Positions 11,370 through 24,367 of a stretch of DNA of 64,000 bases are shown here, one piece after another. The DNA lies in the NCBI GenBank assembly GCA_951406725.2, contig OX597815.1:184264001-184328000 (forward strand). Reading direction: 5' to 3'. The position numbers were made by a program, and so were the translations under genes. How positions within the stretch are numbered: position 1 is the first letter of the stretch; each line of letters opens with the position of its first letter. Origin of the DNA: Octopus vulgaris. Lineage: Eukaryota. Under the pieces are notes generated by a model. That model saw only the letters and a list, made by a program, of their open reading frames with translations, did no database searches and was not told where the DNA came from.

Positions 11370-12069
11370 TGTGCTCATGGTGAATTGTCAGATAATTTCG
11401 TTCGTTTTCTTTTTCTAATAGGCTCTCACATGCCTGGAAAGAGATAAAATTTATTTAAATTACAAATGCAGTAGCCAAAAGTTGAAGAAGAAAGATTCCG
11501 CTACAGAAACCGTAAAACACTGCGATAAAAGTGGTTTTGTTGTAAATTCATACAAAAATATTTTATGAAACAAAAGCGAAAGAAAAGCGGACGAATTGAA
11601 CTGACAATGCAATATATCTATCTGCATAGGAAATCAGATAGTCCTATGTATGTGTTTATGTATGGATGTGTGTGTGCATGCGCGCGAAAACACACACAAA
11701 CATATATATGTTCTTGAAGCTAAAATTATATATGCTGTGCTACATATCTATCCAAACATGTATCAAATACAATTTATATCACGAAGTTGATATCGTTGAA
11801 TATCGAGACAGCTTCTTAATTTAGATTTGCATTGATACGCTATATTTAGATTTGCATTCATTCAATATCTAAATTTAACTTGCACTTACAACATCAAAAT
11901 GCTCCGTTGTAACATCAAAGTGGCTGTACCATGTTACGACTTGTTTAACCACAGGCAGATCTTCCGGCAGCCGGTCATCGGTGCAGTCTGCACCTTGAGC
12001 ATATTGCTAGCCATACTAATTGACCTGAAAATTAATTTTACTGGTTGGTATATTTATTACACTGATAGG

Positions 12070-12300
12070 GTGGCGAGCTGGCAGAATCGTTAGCACGCCG
12101 GGCGAAAGGTTTAGCGGTATTTCGTCTGCCGTTACGTTCTGAGTTCAAATTCCGCCGAGATCGACTTTGCCATTCATCCTTTCGGGGTCGATAAATTAAG
12201 TACCAGTTACGCACTGGAGTCGATATAATCGACTTAATCCCTTTGTCTGTCCTTATTTGTCCTCTCTGTGTTTAGCCCCTTGTGGGTAGTAAAGAAATAG
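12070..12300 (+). mobile_element. SINE A, full length
   Basis: Complete head, central domain and tail. Confidence 0.92.
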
Positions 12301-12304
12301 ATAT

Positions 12305-12790
12305 AGTTTTTAGACTGATCTTTCCTTGAGATTATACAACTTGCTACTTTGCTAATTGTTGATCAGTGACGGATAATTATTTTGTTTACAATATATTGCT
12401 GGATGGAGAGAACTCTGGTTATCTCTCTGGCGACCAGGTGCCTGCTACAGAAGATGAACTAGCCAGTTCGAAACTGACTTAGACTCACGATACTGTTGTC
12501 TGCTAGAAGATAGTAGGGTTTTGTTCCCTTGCTAGTAATATATGTACACAGGATGCAGTCTGCACTGATAACCAACTGGTTGAAGATCTGTCTCGGGTGA
12601 AACTAGTAGTAAAATTGAACAGCCACTTTGAAGTGACAATTAACTTTACTAATATATATATATATTTTCCTGAATTGTGATATACATACAATATTTCATC
12701 CCTGAGGAACGCAGGGTTATATTATCAGACTGTTACGTAATATTACGTTGAACGCTCTAGTGCGAAACCGATTAGTAATACTGTACACGT

Positions 12791-12795
<5 letters not shown>
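12305..12795 (+). mobile_element. Penelope-like terminal relic with two hammerhead-like motifs
   Basis: CAGAAGAT-GAACT(AGCC)AGTTC-GAAAC...GTC at 12448-12500 and CTGAGGA-ACGCA...TGC-GAAAC...GTC at 12702-12791; abuts (TA)n. Confidence 0.45.
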
Positions 12796-12826
<31 letters not shown>

Positions 12827-12856
12827 CAAAAAAATCTTGTAAATTATTTTTGTTGA

Positions 12857-13093
12857 ATCGCATATTTTTCTTCACTGCTCATAGTTACAATATAGTACGT
12901 TTTATCATTGCATATCATTAAAACATGCGAAGCAAAGAGTTTTATTCAACTTTCAAATATGAGGACAAGTGATTAGCATTGTTTCTGATTTCAAAACTCT
13001 TATAAATTAATGTTGTTTAATCGCATGTCTTTCCTCACTGCTCACAGTTATAAAATACTTTTTTTTTATCACTGAATATCATTAAAACATGCG
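12857..13093 (+). repeat. Imperfect direct repeat of about 75 bp, two copies
   Basis: ATCGCAT.T.TT.CTTCACTGCTCA.AGTTA...ATATCATTAAAACATGCGA at about 12857 and 13020. Confidence 0.8.
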
Positions 13094-13269
13094 ATGTACA
13101 TAATGCAGAACTTTTTGAGGTTGAACGTTACAACTGAAGATAGAATTTGTTGTTATGTTCGTCGCTCCTATAGCTATTTGTCTTAATTTAATTTTTTTTG
13201 CATATATTTTTTTGTCGTCCTGTAGATATTTTGTAATAATTTGTAAGCGCCCTATATAATCTTGATAAA

Positions 13270-13475
13270 GGCGGCGAGCTGGCAGAATCGTTAGCACTCC
13301 GGGCGAAATGTTTAGCAGCGGTTCGTCTGCCGTTACGTTCTGAGTTCAAACTCCGCCCAGGTCGACTTTGCCTTTCATCCTTTCGGGGTAGATTAAATGA
13401 GTACCAGTTACGCACTGGGGTCGATATAATCGACTTAATCCGTTTGTCCCCTCTATGTTTAACCCCTTGTCTGCC
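13270..13475 (+). mobile_element. SINE A
   Basis: Family A head and central domain. Confidence 0.88.
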
Positions 13476-13529
13476 AATATCAGTGGTGAATTCTAAATGT
13501 AGCGGTCGTAAACTTGCTAGTTAGTTAGA

Positions 13530-14520
13530 AAAAGGTGTAGGAGTGAAGCAAAGAGGTAGACACTATTATCATGAAGTGCTACCATTGGAGCGAAGCAACA
13601 AAGTACTCTCGATAGAGAGTGTATAATGAACGGGAAAATAGATGAATATTTGAAACTAGAGAGCTGAGAAGTTTTGAGCAGGTAACAGCGATTCGCAAGA
13701 ACATGTTCTCTGAGCTTGAAATTGAAGCCATCAAGACGAAAACTAAGTAAAGTACCGAGAGCGATACAGGTGAGGAAAGTTAGGTACAAGAGAAACAAGT
13801 AGAAATATTGGAACTGGATGATATTGCTCAAAGTAACGGATCGGAAATGATAGCAAAGGAGAATTCTGATGGCACCAACCGATTATTTTAATTGATAGAA
13901 TAAAGATGCAGATGGATTGGTGTCTGAGGATGAACAAAGGATAAATAATTAGGTGCTGGGGTTAGTGAATATCACCAAATGCAGAAGGTGCGTGTGGTTT
14001 CAAAAAAAGCTGATTAGTAATAATTGAATTAAGAAACGATGGAAGTTAAAATTTTGAATCGCATAAAGAGAAACAGCATGACAGGGACAGCATAGCAGGA
14101 CACCATAGCAGGGACACAATAGCAGGGAGAGTATTGGCAGGGAGAGCATAGCAGGGAGAGCATAACAGAGACAGCATAGCAGGGAGAGCATAGCAGGGAC
14201 TGCATAATAAGTCAGCTAGGAGATATGCTGAAGAAAATTTGGTACTAAAAGTCAACAGTGCAAGAAATACAAAAAATAGAATTACATAGTGATTTGAAAG
14301 AAGGGGAAACTGTTAGCTTAGGAATGATTATAAATATAACAGACTGAAGCAAAAATAAGGTATTGACAGGAAAGGGCTGAATGTTTTCAGAACAGCTAAT
14401 TTTGGCAAAGAGAGGAAACTTTCCAAGATATAATTAAAGAGTGAGTGAAGTAGTATAGAAAAAAATCGATTCCCGAACTAATCAAAATTTTTTAACAAGA
14501 AATAAGTGGTCAAGTCACAC
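13530..14520 (+). mobile_element. R4/Dong-clade non-LTR retrotransposon, decayed N-terminal region
   Basis: Broken frames give KEVDTIIMKCYHWS, EQVTAIRKNMFSELEIEAIK and QLILAKRGNFPRYN*RV..YRKNR..TNQNFF*QEISG, matching R4/Dong N-terminal motifs from recall. Confidence 0.6.
14075..14206 (+). repeat. 14-bp minisatellite (GCATAGCAGGGAGA)n, about 9 units
   Basis: Directly visible tandem units. Confidence 0.85.
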
Positions 14521-14531
14521 ACACTAGCGAA

Positions 14532-14600
14532 TTCTTCTTCTTCTTCTTCTTCTTCTTCTTCTTCTTCTTCTTCACCTTCTTCTTCATCTTCTTCTTCTTC
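14532..14600. repeat. (TTC)n microsatellite
   Basis: Directly visible. Confidence 0.95.
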
Positions 14601-15155
14601 GCTTGAACTCTTATTGATTTCTTCAAGTTTCACTTGAAAAGGAAGTTGAGAGTAGAGCAGGAAGTGCTGTCCTCGAGTGAGTTTATTGCAAGGTGGGTGA
14701 AAGTTGCAAAAATGGCAAGAGTCTCTAAGTGTAGACCTGTTAGTTGGAGAGGGCCCTTGCTGCTGGTGTTCAAGGAAATTTCGGAGAGTCGGGTTCCTCG
14801 ATCATTCCTAGAGTTCATCCAGTACCAAGAGGGCCGCTTCTCTATCATCCTCACCCCTATTTATATGTCCTTTCCTTTTCATTGTATACCGTACAAACTC
14901 TTTTACTCTTTCACTTGTTTCCGTTATTTGACTGTGGCCATGCTGGGGCACCGCTTTTAAGTCGAGGGAATCGACCCCAGGACTTATTCTTTGTAAGCCT
15001 AGTACTTATTCTATCAGTCTCTTTTGCCGAACCGTTAATATACTTAATATTTTGTTTTCTTTCTTTTCATTATTTTATCATTTCATTATATGTAAACCCC
15101 CACTCTATATCTGTCTTTGTCCTCATCGTTCTCCCTGGTGGCAAATAAATAAAAT
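14601..15155 (+). mobile_element. L1/Tx1-clade LINE 3' end, interrupted by a SINE B fragment (14898-15036, minus)
   Basis: TLIDFFKFHLKRKLRVEQEVLSSSEFIARW resembles the Tx1 ORF2 C-terminus; T-rich 3' UTR ending in AATAAATAAAA. Confidence 0.6.
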
Positions 15156-15164
15156 CATTGCCGT

Positions 15165-15495
15165 CATTATTATTATTATTATTATTAAAGATGTCGCACA
15201 TTATGCAATATCGTGATGTTGATTGAAAATATTGTGCCTACTGGCAGTTTTTACTGTCTGTCAAGTGTCAACTTTACGGAATGTGCATGCTGTTCCAAGT
15301 AATGCCGGTTTTTGCAATACACCGACATTGTAGGGTATTTCTAAAGTTTCCAGATATTTTTTCAGATTGAGTGGTATAGAACCCAATGCTCCGATATCAA
15401 TAGAGCTAACCTTTATGTTTAACTCACGTAGCTGCCACATCTTAGCGATCTCAATTCTCAGGTCTCCATATTTATCAATCTTACTTTCATGATAT
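15165..15495 (-). mobile_element. R4/Dong-clade 3' end (restriction-like endonuclease C-terminus) with (TAA)n tail
   Basis: ESKIDKYGDLRIEIAKMWQL...IDIGALGSIP...LQKPALLGTACTFRK followed by (TAA)n. Confidence 0.8.
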
Positions 15496-16549
15496 GTTGA
15501 TCTCTTGGCACTTCCCCGTTTATTCTATTATTGAGGAATTTTGATTGTCCCACCCCCTAAAGGTTACAATATCCAGCTTTTGCTGCTCTAAACACCTTCG
15601 CGGAAAATTGAAGCTCCGTAAGTTGAAATGGTGCTTGTAAAATTTTCGGCCTTCTAAGGCCCCATGTTTTCATGTTTCTTGTTACCATTTCATTTCTGAT
15701 ATTGTATGGACTGCACCGATACTATATTTGCGTAGAAAACCCCCCTCTTTTGCAGGGGTTGTACATCAATAATTTTTGAATTTTAACTACCTTCGGCAAA
15801 AGCAAATATTTCACAATTTTCTTTAATTATTTAATGATGGCTGATTAAGAAGCCGTCATAATGTTCGACAATGACACGCGTTCCTTGTCGGAGAAAAATG
15901 AGAACAAGATATATAATGGCCTACACATAATAAAATCACCGAGGTGAATACTGTTTCGACTCTATGCAACGTTAAAACTTTCGATGACGACAACAATAAT
16001 AACAACAACAGCAGCAGTTCCAGTAACAACAACAACAACTACGATACTAAAGAAGAAAAGCTTACAAACACGAATATCACCACTGCCACCGCCGCCAAAA
16101 CAACATCAGCTGCAATTTCTTTTGTGATTGCTGCGAGAAATGTGTAGGATTTTCGAGTAGATGAAGGTTTAAAATTTGCAAGGAAATTTGCTAAAAGAAA
16201 GCATTGTTTAAGGATGTCAAACGAAACATCCATGTTTCCAGAAGTGAATTATTCAAACTCCAAACAATTCCTCACAACACAGAGATATAATGCTCCCTCA
16301 CTACTTCTGCTAGTGATCAGAGATGCTCATATCGTCAGCTACTAAGGGAAAGGCTCAACTGGTTAAGGTCAAACAGCCGACATGCAAATCAGTGGTATTG
16401 AGCAGAATATTTGCTGTAGCCCATCTTTTACACCAAAAGAAACCTGTACAGGATAACACCTCCAATCAGTTAAGATCAAAAGACATGAAAGCCAGTGCAT
16501 AGTATTGCAACACGGCATTTATTATTATTATTGTTGTTGTTGTTGTTGC

Positions 16550-16688
16550 TGTGAGCTGGCAGAAACGTTAGCACGCCGGGCAAAATGCGTAGCCGTATTT
16601 GGTCTGCCGTTACGTTCTGAGTTCAAATTCCGCCGAGGGCGACTTTGCCTTTCATCCTTTCGGGGTCGATAAATTAAGTACCAGTTAC
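16550..16688 (+). mobile_element. SINE A, 5' part
   Basis: Family A head and central domain. Confidence 0.85.
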
Positions 16689-17889
16689 ATCTGTTTTTAG
16701 TAGTAATAAAGTAGTATTTTTATTATTAGTAGTAGTGGTGGTGGTAGTAGTAGCAGCAGTAGTTTAAAGTATCGCTAATAATTGTCTACTATCAACAGCT
16801 TTGAACGTTTCCATGGTACATTCTACGTTAGAATTTGATGTCTTAGATTTTGCTAAACTGTTATTCCTGAAGACTTTCACCTCAGGTTCACATATTTATC
16901 TTAATCTCCTGTGGATAAGTTTTAATTTTTCGTTGGTATTTCCCAACGCTTCCATTCTTGTTTGGAATTCACTGAAATTACGATTAAAGGTTATACGTAT
17001 TATTTCTAGAAAGAAATCTCATTACAAATCCATCCTAACGTATATGCTTTAGATCTGATTATAATTTCTAGAATAATCTAATGTGAACAGAAGCAAAGAT
17101 AATCCAGTATAGGTTTATATTGTCGTCGTCATCACCATGTGCCGTAGCTAGTACAAAATATTCTCAATCCAATAAATAAGTAAATGACTGTAGTTAAAGA
17201 TATTAAATCTACGAGAAGTTGGGTGTCAAGAAATTCGTTTGCACTGAGATACAGAATAATCTGACCTTTTGAGCCATGACACTTCTGCAGAGAGACGTTT
17301 CAGCTTTGCTTTTGTTAATCGTAATTCTCATATGACAAACGGAAGATTTATTTCATTTGTGCTGCGTAGAGTATATCGTTCGAATCGATAATCGTACCAT
17401 TTCCTCATTGGTGTTGATTATACGTCCAGTTATGTAGCTAAATATTCTGAAGATGTTCTGTCTCTTACTTTATAATTAAAAGTAACTTCTTTTTTAAGTG
17501 GGAATGGGTCATATAGTAGATTGTGTTCATTCGAAAATATTACGTGTTTATCAGTAACACATTGAAGAAAACCACAATTAATTTTGTTTTTATAGTATGT
17601 TACAAAGATTTACTAACTTAATAATTACATTTATAATGAAGGGTTTGCTAAAACGTTATCTGGTGTTTTAATCGCCTGTACGCACAAACACAAATAATAA
17701 AAAAAATACAGTGAGTATACTTGTTTTAAAATTCTTGTTCAATTACTCGACAATATGAACGACATCAGTGCCTGAACAATGGTCTCATACAAACGTTATG
17801 TTTAACTGCAACATTCTGTAATAATAGCTGAAGCAAGACGTATCCCATTGCACCTTAAGTATTGTTCAAATGTGTTCAGATTGTCTCTC

Positions 17890-18274
17890 TCTTTCTCTTT
17901 TTACTTGTTTCAGTCATGCTGGTGCACCGCCTTTAATTGAGCAACTCGACCCCGGGACTTATTCTTTGTAAGCCTAGGACTTATTCTATCGGGCTCTTTT
18001 GAGTGACGGGGACATAAACACACCAGCATCGGTTGTCAAGCAATGCTAGGGGGACAAACACAGACACACAAACATATACGCACATACATATATATATATA
18101 CACATATATACGACGGGCTTCTATCAGTTTCCATCTACCAAATCCACTCACAAGGCTTTGGTCGGCCCGTGGCTATAGTAGAAGACACTTGCCCAAGGTG
18201 CCAGGCAGTGGGACTGAACCCGGAACCATGTGGTTGGTAACCAAATTACTTACCACACAGCCACTCCTGCGCCT
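17890..18274 (-). mobile_element. SINE B, full length
   Basis: Complete family B structure. Confidence 0.9.
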
Positions 18275-18974
18275 AATAGCCGGACCATCGATAAATTATG
18301 ATAAAGCTAAACAAACAACACTCCAAATTAGAAGATTATTCTAAAAATTTCTATAATAATTGTGTATATGTGGGGGTATTTCGTGTGCACTTGTGCGTGT
18401 ATGTGTCCATGTATACATATATGTACAGATTAAGTATTTTGGCCAATAATATGGAATGAGTTAACCCTACTTCGCTCAGGATTTTCGTCCTTGTATATTA
18501 GAAACAACTATGAGGTTAAATTATTGTGATATATCTGTACCAGAATCAGTTTCTTCAGTTAATAAGAATAAGTGTTGCGAACCTCACCTTTGATTTTTCT
18601 CTTTCCTGTATAAAAAAAAAACCCCAGGAGTACCAGTCAAGTGTTTATATTAAAGAATTAGACTAATATGTTTATCTAAATTGAGGTAATGTGTCTGTTA
18701 TAAATTTGTATCAGATTATATTTGTTCGGATTATTAGCCAAATATTTAGAAATTAACATTCTTTCAATGGTTTCATCATCTTGTTCTCTCGTCAACGTGT
18801 GTTAGCATATAAAATTTTTTAAATGATCATCGAATATCATCAGTCCAATCTTTAAGTAAATAACTGTAAGAGTAAATAGCAAAGACAATATCTTTTGCAA
18901 ATATTATCATAATGGTCAATTTATATGTAACTTAATTAAGGAAACTAACATGAGATATGGCAATATTCAATTAT

Positions 18975-19140
18975 ATACTGCAGCGTGGAATGTGTTTATA
19001 AGCCATTGAAAACAGAAAAAACTGTTAGATTCACTTCAACATTTAAATTTAATTTGCCAGTATATTTTCGTCGCTTTCAGACCGCGACTTTAACACTGAA
19101 AAAATTTCGTGCTGCATCAGAGAAAGTAACAGTTAGTTCA
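18975..19140 (-). repeat. Dispersed repeat (family F) with a GTCGC/GCGAC hairpin followed by GAAA
   Basis: Reverse complement of 55800-55920. Confidence 0.65.
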
Positions 19141-19373
19141 TGACATGTATGCATATATGTATGTATGTATGTATGCATGCATGTGCGTTTGTCCCTCTCA
19201 CAACCGTCTAACGGTGAATGGATACAACGTATTAGATACATATATGCAAATATAAACTTATACATATATACAAGCACACACAATCATAGACACTTATACA
19301 CACTCACAAATGTACGTATAGTCTTGAAGTATACACGTATATTTCGCTTATCCATCTCGCTCTTTCCCTCTCT

Positions 19374-19451
<78 letters not shown>

Positions 19452-20954
19452 GTCACTATATTCGTGGACAACGGTTGAAATTTTGAAATTTAAATTTGCT
19501 TTCTTCCTTTTTTTCTCATGTACATATATGCAAACGGACATACGTATACATACATATGTACATAATAATAATAATAGTAATATTTATATATACGTTAGCG
19601 AAGTTTATTTTCCGTATTAATATTAAGGATATTTTCTAATCAAATTAAATATCTATCGGCATAGGTAAAACTATTCTTAATATTACATAATCTAATCCAC
19701 ATTTTGAAATGTTATTCAATAGAAATAGGCAAAAAAAAAAGCTTTTTCTGAGATAGGAAAGACATCGTATTAAATATCTTCGTCACACACTTAAGATGTA
19801 GATATAGATTAGCAATAGTACAGGCACTCGTCAGTAAAAGTTTACACGGAGATATAAAACGATTCTTTGTAACAATTGAGTTTTATTTCCTTCGCAATTC
19901 TATTCTGACACTATTAATAACCTCACCATATAAATGACTATTCCTTTGTTATGCAAAACTTATGATTCTGTTGCTGGAATTTATTTTAACGTTGTTCACT
20001 CATCAGGCAAATTTAAGGAAATACTAGTGAAATGGCACATTTTTAGAAAATCCATTAATATAATCAGGCATGCGTGTATAATTAGAAGACAATTCTCTGT
20101 GCCGATTTTATGAATTTCTTGAAAATAATTTGTAACTCAATTTAAATGTTCATATATTTTATTTTTTTTATTCAATTGTTCCCCATTGAAACACTATTTC
20201 ATTCGACACTTAATCTTCGATGTAATGAGTTTTAATGTTCCTTTTCTATAATCCTTTGTGTTTTCAACTGTAAATTAATGAATGAATTTATGCGTGCGTT
20301 CATGTCAGAATGGGAAGAATAATAGACAAACAAATGAAAGTTTAGTTTTACATATTTTGAAACCAGCTTGTGTTGCTTTTTCTGGCCCGAAGATTCCTAT
20401 GGTGGACAATATATCTAGTTACAAACCTGTACTGCCCTGAATGTTTTGTTGACCTAGAAACATGAAATTGAGAAGTGCATAAATACAAAATATACGTCTT
20501 GGGACCGTTTAAAAAGCTTGGCTGCATTATTTATTTTTCATCTTAACATTTTCCATCTTAATTTTTTCATCTTAAGTTTTCATCTTAATAATTGACTTCT
20601 TTTAGCAACACCTGTCCTGGTTCACCAGTCTACGTGTAGGGTTGTGATGACATTTTGCTTTGCTTCTCTTGACTGATGTTCTGGACGTACGGCCTCATTT
20701 GTACTCAAATGTATGCTCTTTGTATGATACTGTTACTAGTCATTCGGTCGTATGTAATAGCATTTTAGATCTGGAAAGTACTGAAAAGAACAGGTAAACA
20801 TTTTGAAATTTAACTCTTTTATAAGATGAAATAAATCCTATTAAAATTATTCTATTAGCCTACAGGCGGGAGGGAATTAGTTAACGTGCCTGCCACACCT
20901 GATTTCAGGAGGTAGTGTAATTACCTTACTAAAGTATAGATGAAGCAGATCCTC

Positions 20955-21642
20955 CACATAAGGAAACCATGATGGTCTTCAGCCGGACATTCGTCCTCAG
21001 CCGGACATTCGTCCTCAGCCGGACATTCGTCCTCAGCCGGACATTCGTCCTCAGCCAACAGGATTACTGCTCACAGCTATGGTCACCCACCAGTGTGAAA
21101 TTAACAGCGGACCTTGAAGCAATCCAGAGAAGATTCACAAAGAAGATCGTCTCTTTGCAACAGCTCAGCTACCGAGAAAGGTTGAAACAGAGAAGTTTCT
21201 ACTCCCTGGAGAGAAGACGGGAGAGGTATGCAGTAATATATATCTGGAAGATCCTGGAAGGAATTGTGCCAAATTTTGGCATTGAAAGCTACACCAATAC
21301 CAGAACGGGACGACACTGCATAGTGCCAAAAATTCTAGCAATGCCATCACACTTCAGGATCAGTTACTGGAAGAGCCTGGGTTTCAAGGGCCCACAGCTA
21401 TTTAATATTCTCCCAAAGAGCCTGAGGAACCTGCACGAAGTAGATGTAGTTTTTTTAAATCAAAGCTGGACCGCTTCCTGTCGAGAGTCCCAGATGAACC
21501 TACCTCACGGCAAGGGGTGCAAATTCAAACTCCATTCTTCACCAAGTGCCACATATTAGAAGAGGCTCTTAGTAATAACAGTGTAGCGCAAAACGTCGGT
21601 GCAACAGAATGGCCGCAGCTCTGAGCTGAAACTAGAAAAAAA
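20955..21642 (+). mobile_element. CR1-type LINE, 5'-truncated ORF2 C-terminus plus 3' UTR
   Basis: DYCSQLWSP..LEAIQRRFTKKI..LSYRERLK..YSLERRRERYAVIYIWKIL; internal 18-bp tandem repeat; frameshift near 21455. Confidence 0.9.
20981..21056 (+). repeat. Perfect 18-bp tandem repeat, four copies, in frame (SRTFVL)
   Basis: (AGCCGGACATTCGTCCTC)4 followed by AGCC. Confidence 0.95.
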
Positions 21643-22065
21643 TACTCTTCAACTCTTCAGAAAAAAGAAAATGCTTCCAATTTTGTATGGGAGATATTAT
21701 CCTTTTGGAATAGCTTTGTTAATGTCGGAATAGCTTTGTTATTGATTGAAAAATAATTGCACTCACTATCTGATGGCTCAACGCTTTTACAGGATATCAA
21801 AGACTTCTGATAGATAGGCAAATAGAGAAATCACTTTTTCTGGGCACAAGCAAACGACCGAGTATAAAATACCGCAAGTTAAAGAGAATTACCCTTTCTA
21901 AAGATGAAGTTAAATTTGTGTAATTTATAATTTTATCAGTTAGAGAAACATATATATAGGTTTTATATTTATTTTTGTTAGTAATGCTTATTTTCCGTAT
22001 ATACTTTACTCATATTTTCTAAACAAACATATATATATATATATATATATATACATACATACACA

Positions 22066-22264
22066 CTCTTTACTCTTTAACTTGTTTCAGTCATTTGACT
22101 GCGGCCATGCTGGGGCACCACCTTTAGTGGAGCAAATCGACCCCACGACTTATTCTTTGTAACCCTAGTACTTATTCTATCGGTCTCTTATGCCGAACCG
22201 CTAAGTTACGGAGACGTAAACACACCAGCATCGGTTGTCAAGCGATGTTGGGGGGACAAACACA

Positions 22265-22321
<57 letters not shown>

Positions 22322-22492
22322 GCATATATACGACGGGCTTCTTTCAGTTTCCGTCTACCAAATCCACTCACAAGGCTTTGGTCGGCCCGAAGCTATAGAA
22401 GAAGACACTTGCCCAAGGTGTCACGTAGTGGGACTGAACCCGGAACCATGTAGTTCGTAACCAAGCTTCTAAACACACAGCCACTCCTGCTC
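22066..22492 (-). mobile_element. SINE B, full length
   Basis: Complete family B structure with internal (CA)n. Confidence 0.92.
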
Positions 22493-23704
22493 CACACATT
22501 ATTCGGAACTTTAGATAATTTAGTACACAACATTTTGAGATTCTGTGAACTAACAAAAGAAAATCTTTCCTAGATAGAAATGACTTCGTAATAAAAATAT
22601 TCCTGATATAAACATGGCATGAATAAAGATTATTAATTATGAATACTCCCGTCTGTAGATTATACGTGAGAAAATAAACGACAAACAACAATTCTGTTTA
22701 TGTTCTTGACACCAGGAATAACCTAAACTATAAATGGCTATTACTTTGAAATTTGTTGCTGAAATCCATTTCAACGCTATTCTCTCTTCGGGAAAATTTC
22801 GGGCAAAAATTAGTCAACGCGCATTTTTAGAAAAACCTAGTAGCATATTCAGGCAAGCATGTACAGAAGTCTGTATCGATTTCGATTTTGTTCTCTGAAA
22901 TAATTCGAATGTCATTATATAATATTTACTTTATATAATATTTTACCCCATGAGAAAATGTATCTCAATGAATATATATTATATTTTAAAGATTTTTGCA
23001 CAACTATGGAAAACGTGCGATTTCTGAAGAATAACATGCAGAGAGATGAGTGTGCGTAAATTATCCCACCACGTTCTTAGTTCTGGTTTTCAGACAACTG
23101 TTTAGAATTTGAATCTTTCTTTTATACATCGCAGTTATCCCAAACAGCTCTTATCATTTGACGCGTATTATGAAACGTAGTATTTCTGTTCTGGTGAAAC
23201 AGCATAATAGGAAATTTACGGTTTATAAAAATAGTCAGCCTGTTGTTTAGGAATAGTAAAACTGGAAAAATATAATTTCATCAGAATTATCGAAATTCTC
23301 TAAGGGTAGAGAGAAAATTAGAATCGAAATATTTTAAGGAAAAGCAATAGTACCGAAATTTCGCTGAACATAAAACTATTGATATGATTAGGTAAATGTA
23401 ATTTTCCATGTGCTAAGAGTTAGAAGAAGATGGAAGTTTGGTGAGAGAATTTTTGTTAAAGAATATTTCGACAGCTAAAATAAGTAAACGCTGTTGTAGC
23501 ATTTTGTAAACATTGCGGATATAGCTATATGAAAGCCATAAGTATTACGAATCAGTTGAAGTATGTGACTATGTTCAGCTGTAAATAAACTACACCCTTT
23601 ATTCTTATTTGTACATAGCCTACAATGTTTGATGTTGGAATCACCTACCAGTTAAAAATGGTAAAATATATTACTGGAATTTTGTTAACTCTTTTGGTAG
23701 GTTT

Positions 23705-23922
23705 TATCTTTTACTTGTTTCAGTCATTTGACTGTGGCCATGCTAGCGCACCGCCTTTAGTCGAGCAAATCGACCCCACGACTTATTCTTTGTAAGCCTA
23801 GTAGTTATTCTATCGCCCTGTTTTGTCGTACCGCTAAGTTACAGGGACGTAAACACACCAGCTTCAGTTGTCAAGCGATGTTGGGGACACAAACACAGAC
23901 ACACAAACATATACACACAAAG

Positions 23923-23975
<53 letters not shown>

Positions 23976-24135
23976 TACGACGGACTTCTTTCATTTCCGT
24001 CTACCAAATCCACTCACAAAGCTTTGGTCGGCCCGAGGCTATAGTAGAAGACAGTTGCCCAAGGTACGACGCAGTGGGACTGAGCCCGGAACCATGTGGT
24101 TGGGAAGCAAGCTAGTTACCACACAACCACTCCTA
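23705..24135 (-). mobile_element. SINE B, near full length
   Basis: Family B structure with internal (TA)n. Confidence 0.9.
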
Positions 24136-24267
24136 AGTTTATACCTCTTTTGTTAGCTTTTATTTTTTGAACATAGAAGACACGTCAAATGCAGATGATT
24201 CAAAATAACATTCCATGCATTACTTACGAACGATGTCAACATGCCGCTTGCTTATGCGTCAAATGGC

Positions 24268-24367
24268 NNNNNNNNNNNNNNNNNNNNNNNNNNNNNNNNN
24301 NNNNNNNNNNNNNNNNNNNNNNNNNNNNNNNNNNNNNNNNNNNNNNNNNNNNNNNNNNNNNNNNNNN
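24268..24367. other. Assembly gap (100 N)
   Basis: Run of exactly 100 N flanked by an identical 18-mer on each side. Confidence 0.99.

Noticed and set aside
14075-14206. Short regular repeats here and at 20981-21056 as possible CRISPR arrays
   Set aside because: No unique spacers, no cas genes, eukaryotic context
16230-16550. Segment ending in (TAT)/(TGT)n that looks like a retroelement 3' UTR
   Set aside because: No clear second copy or coding motif in the window to support a family assignment
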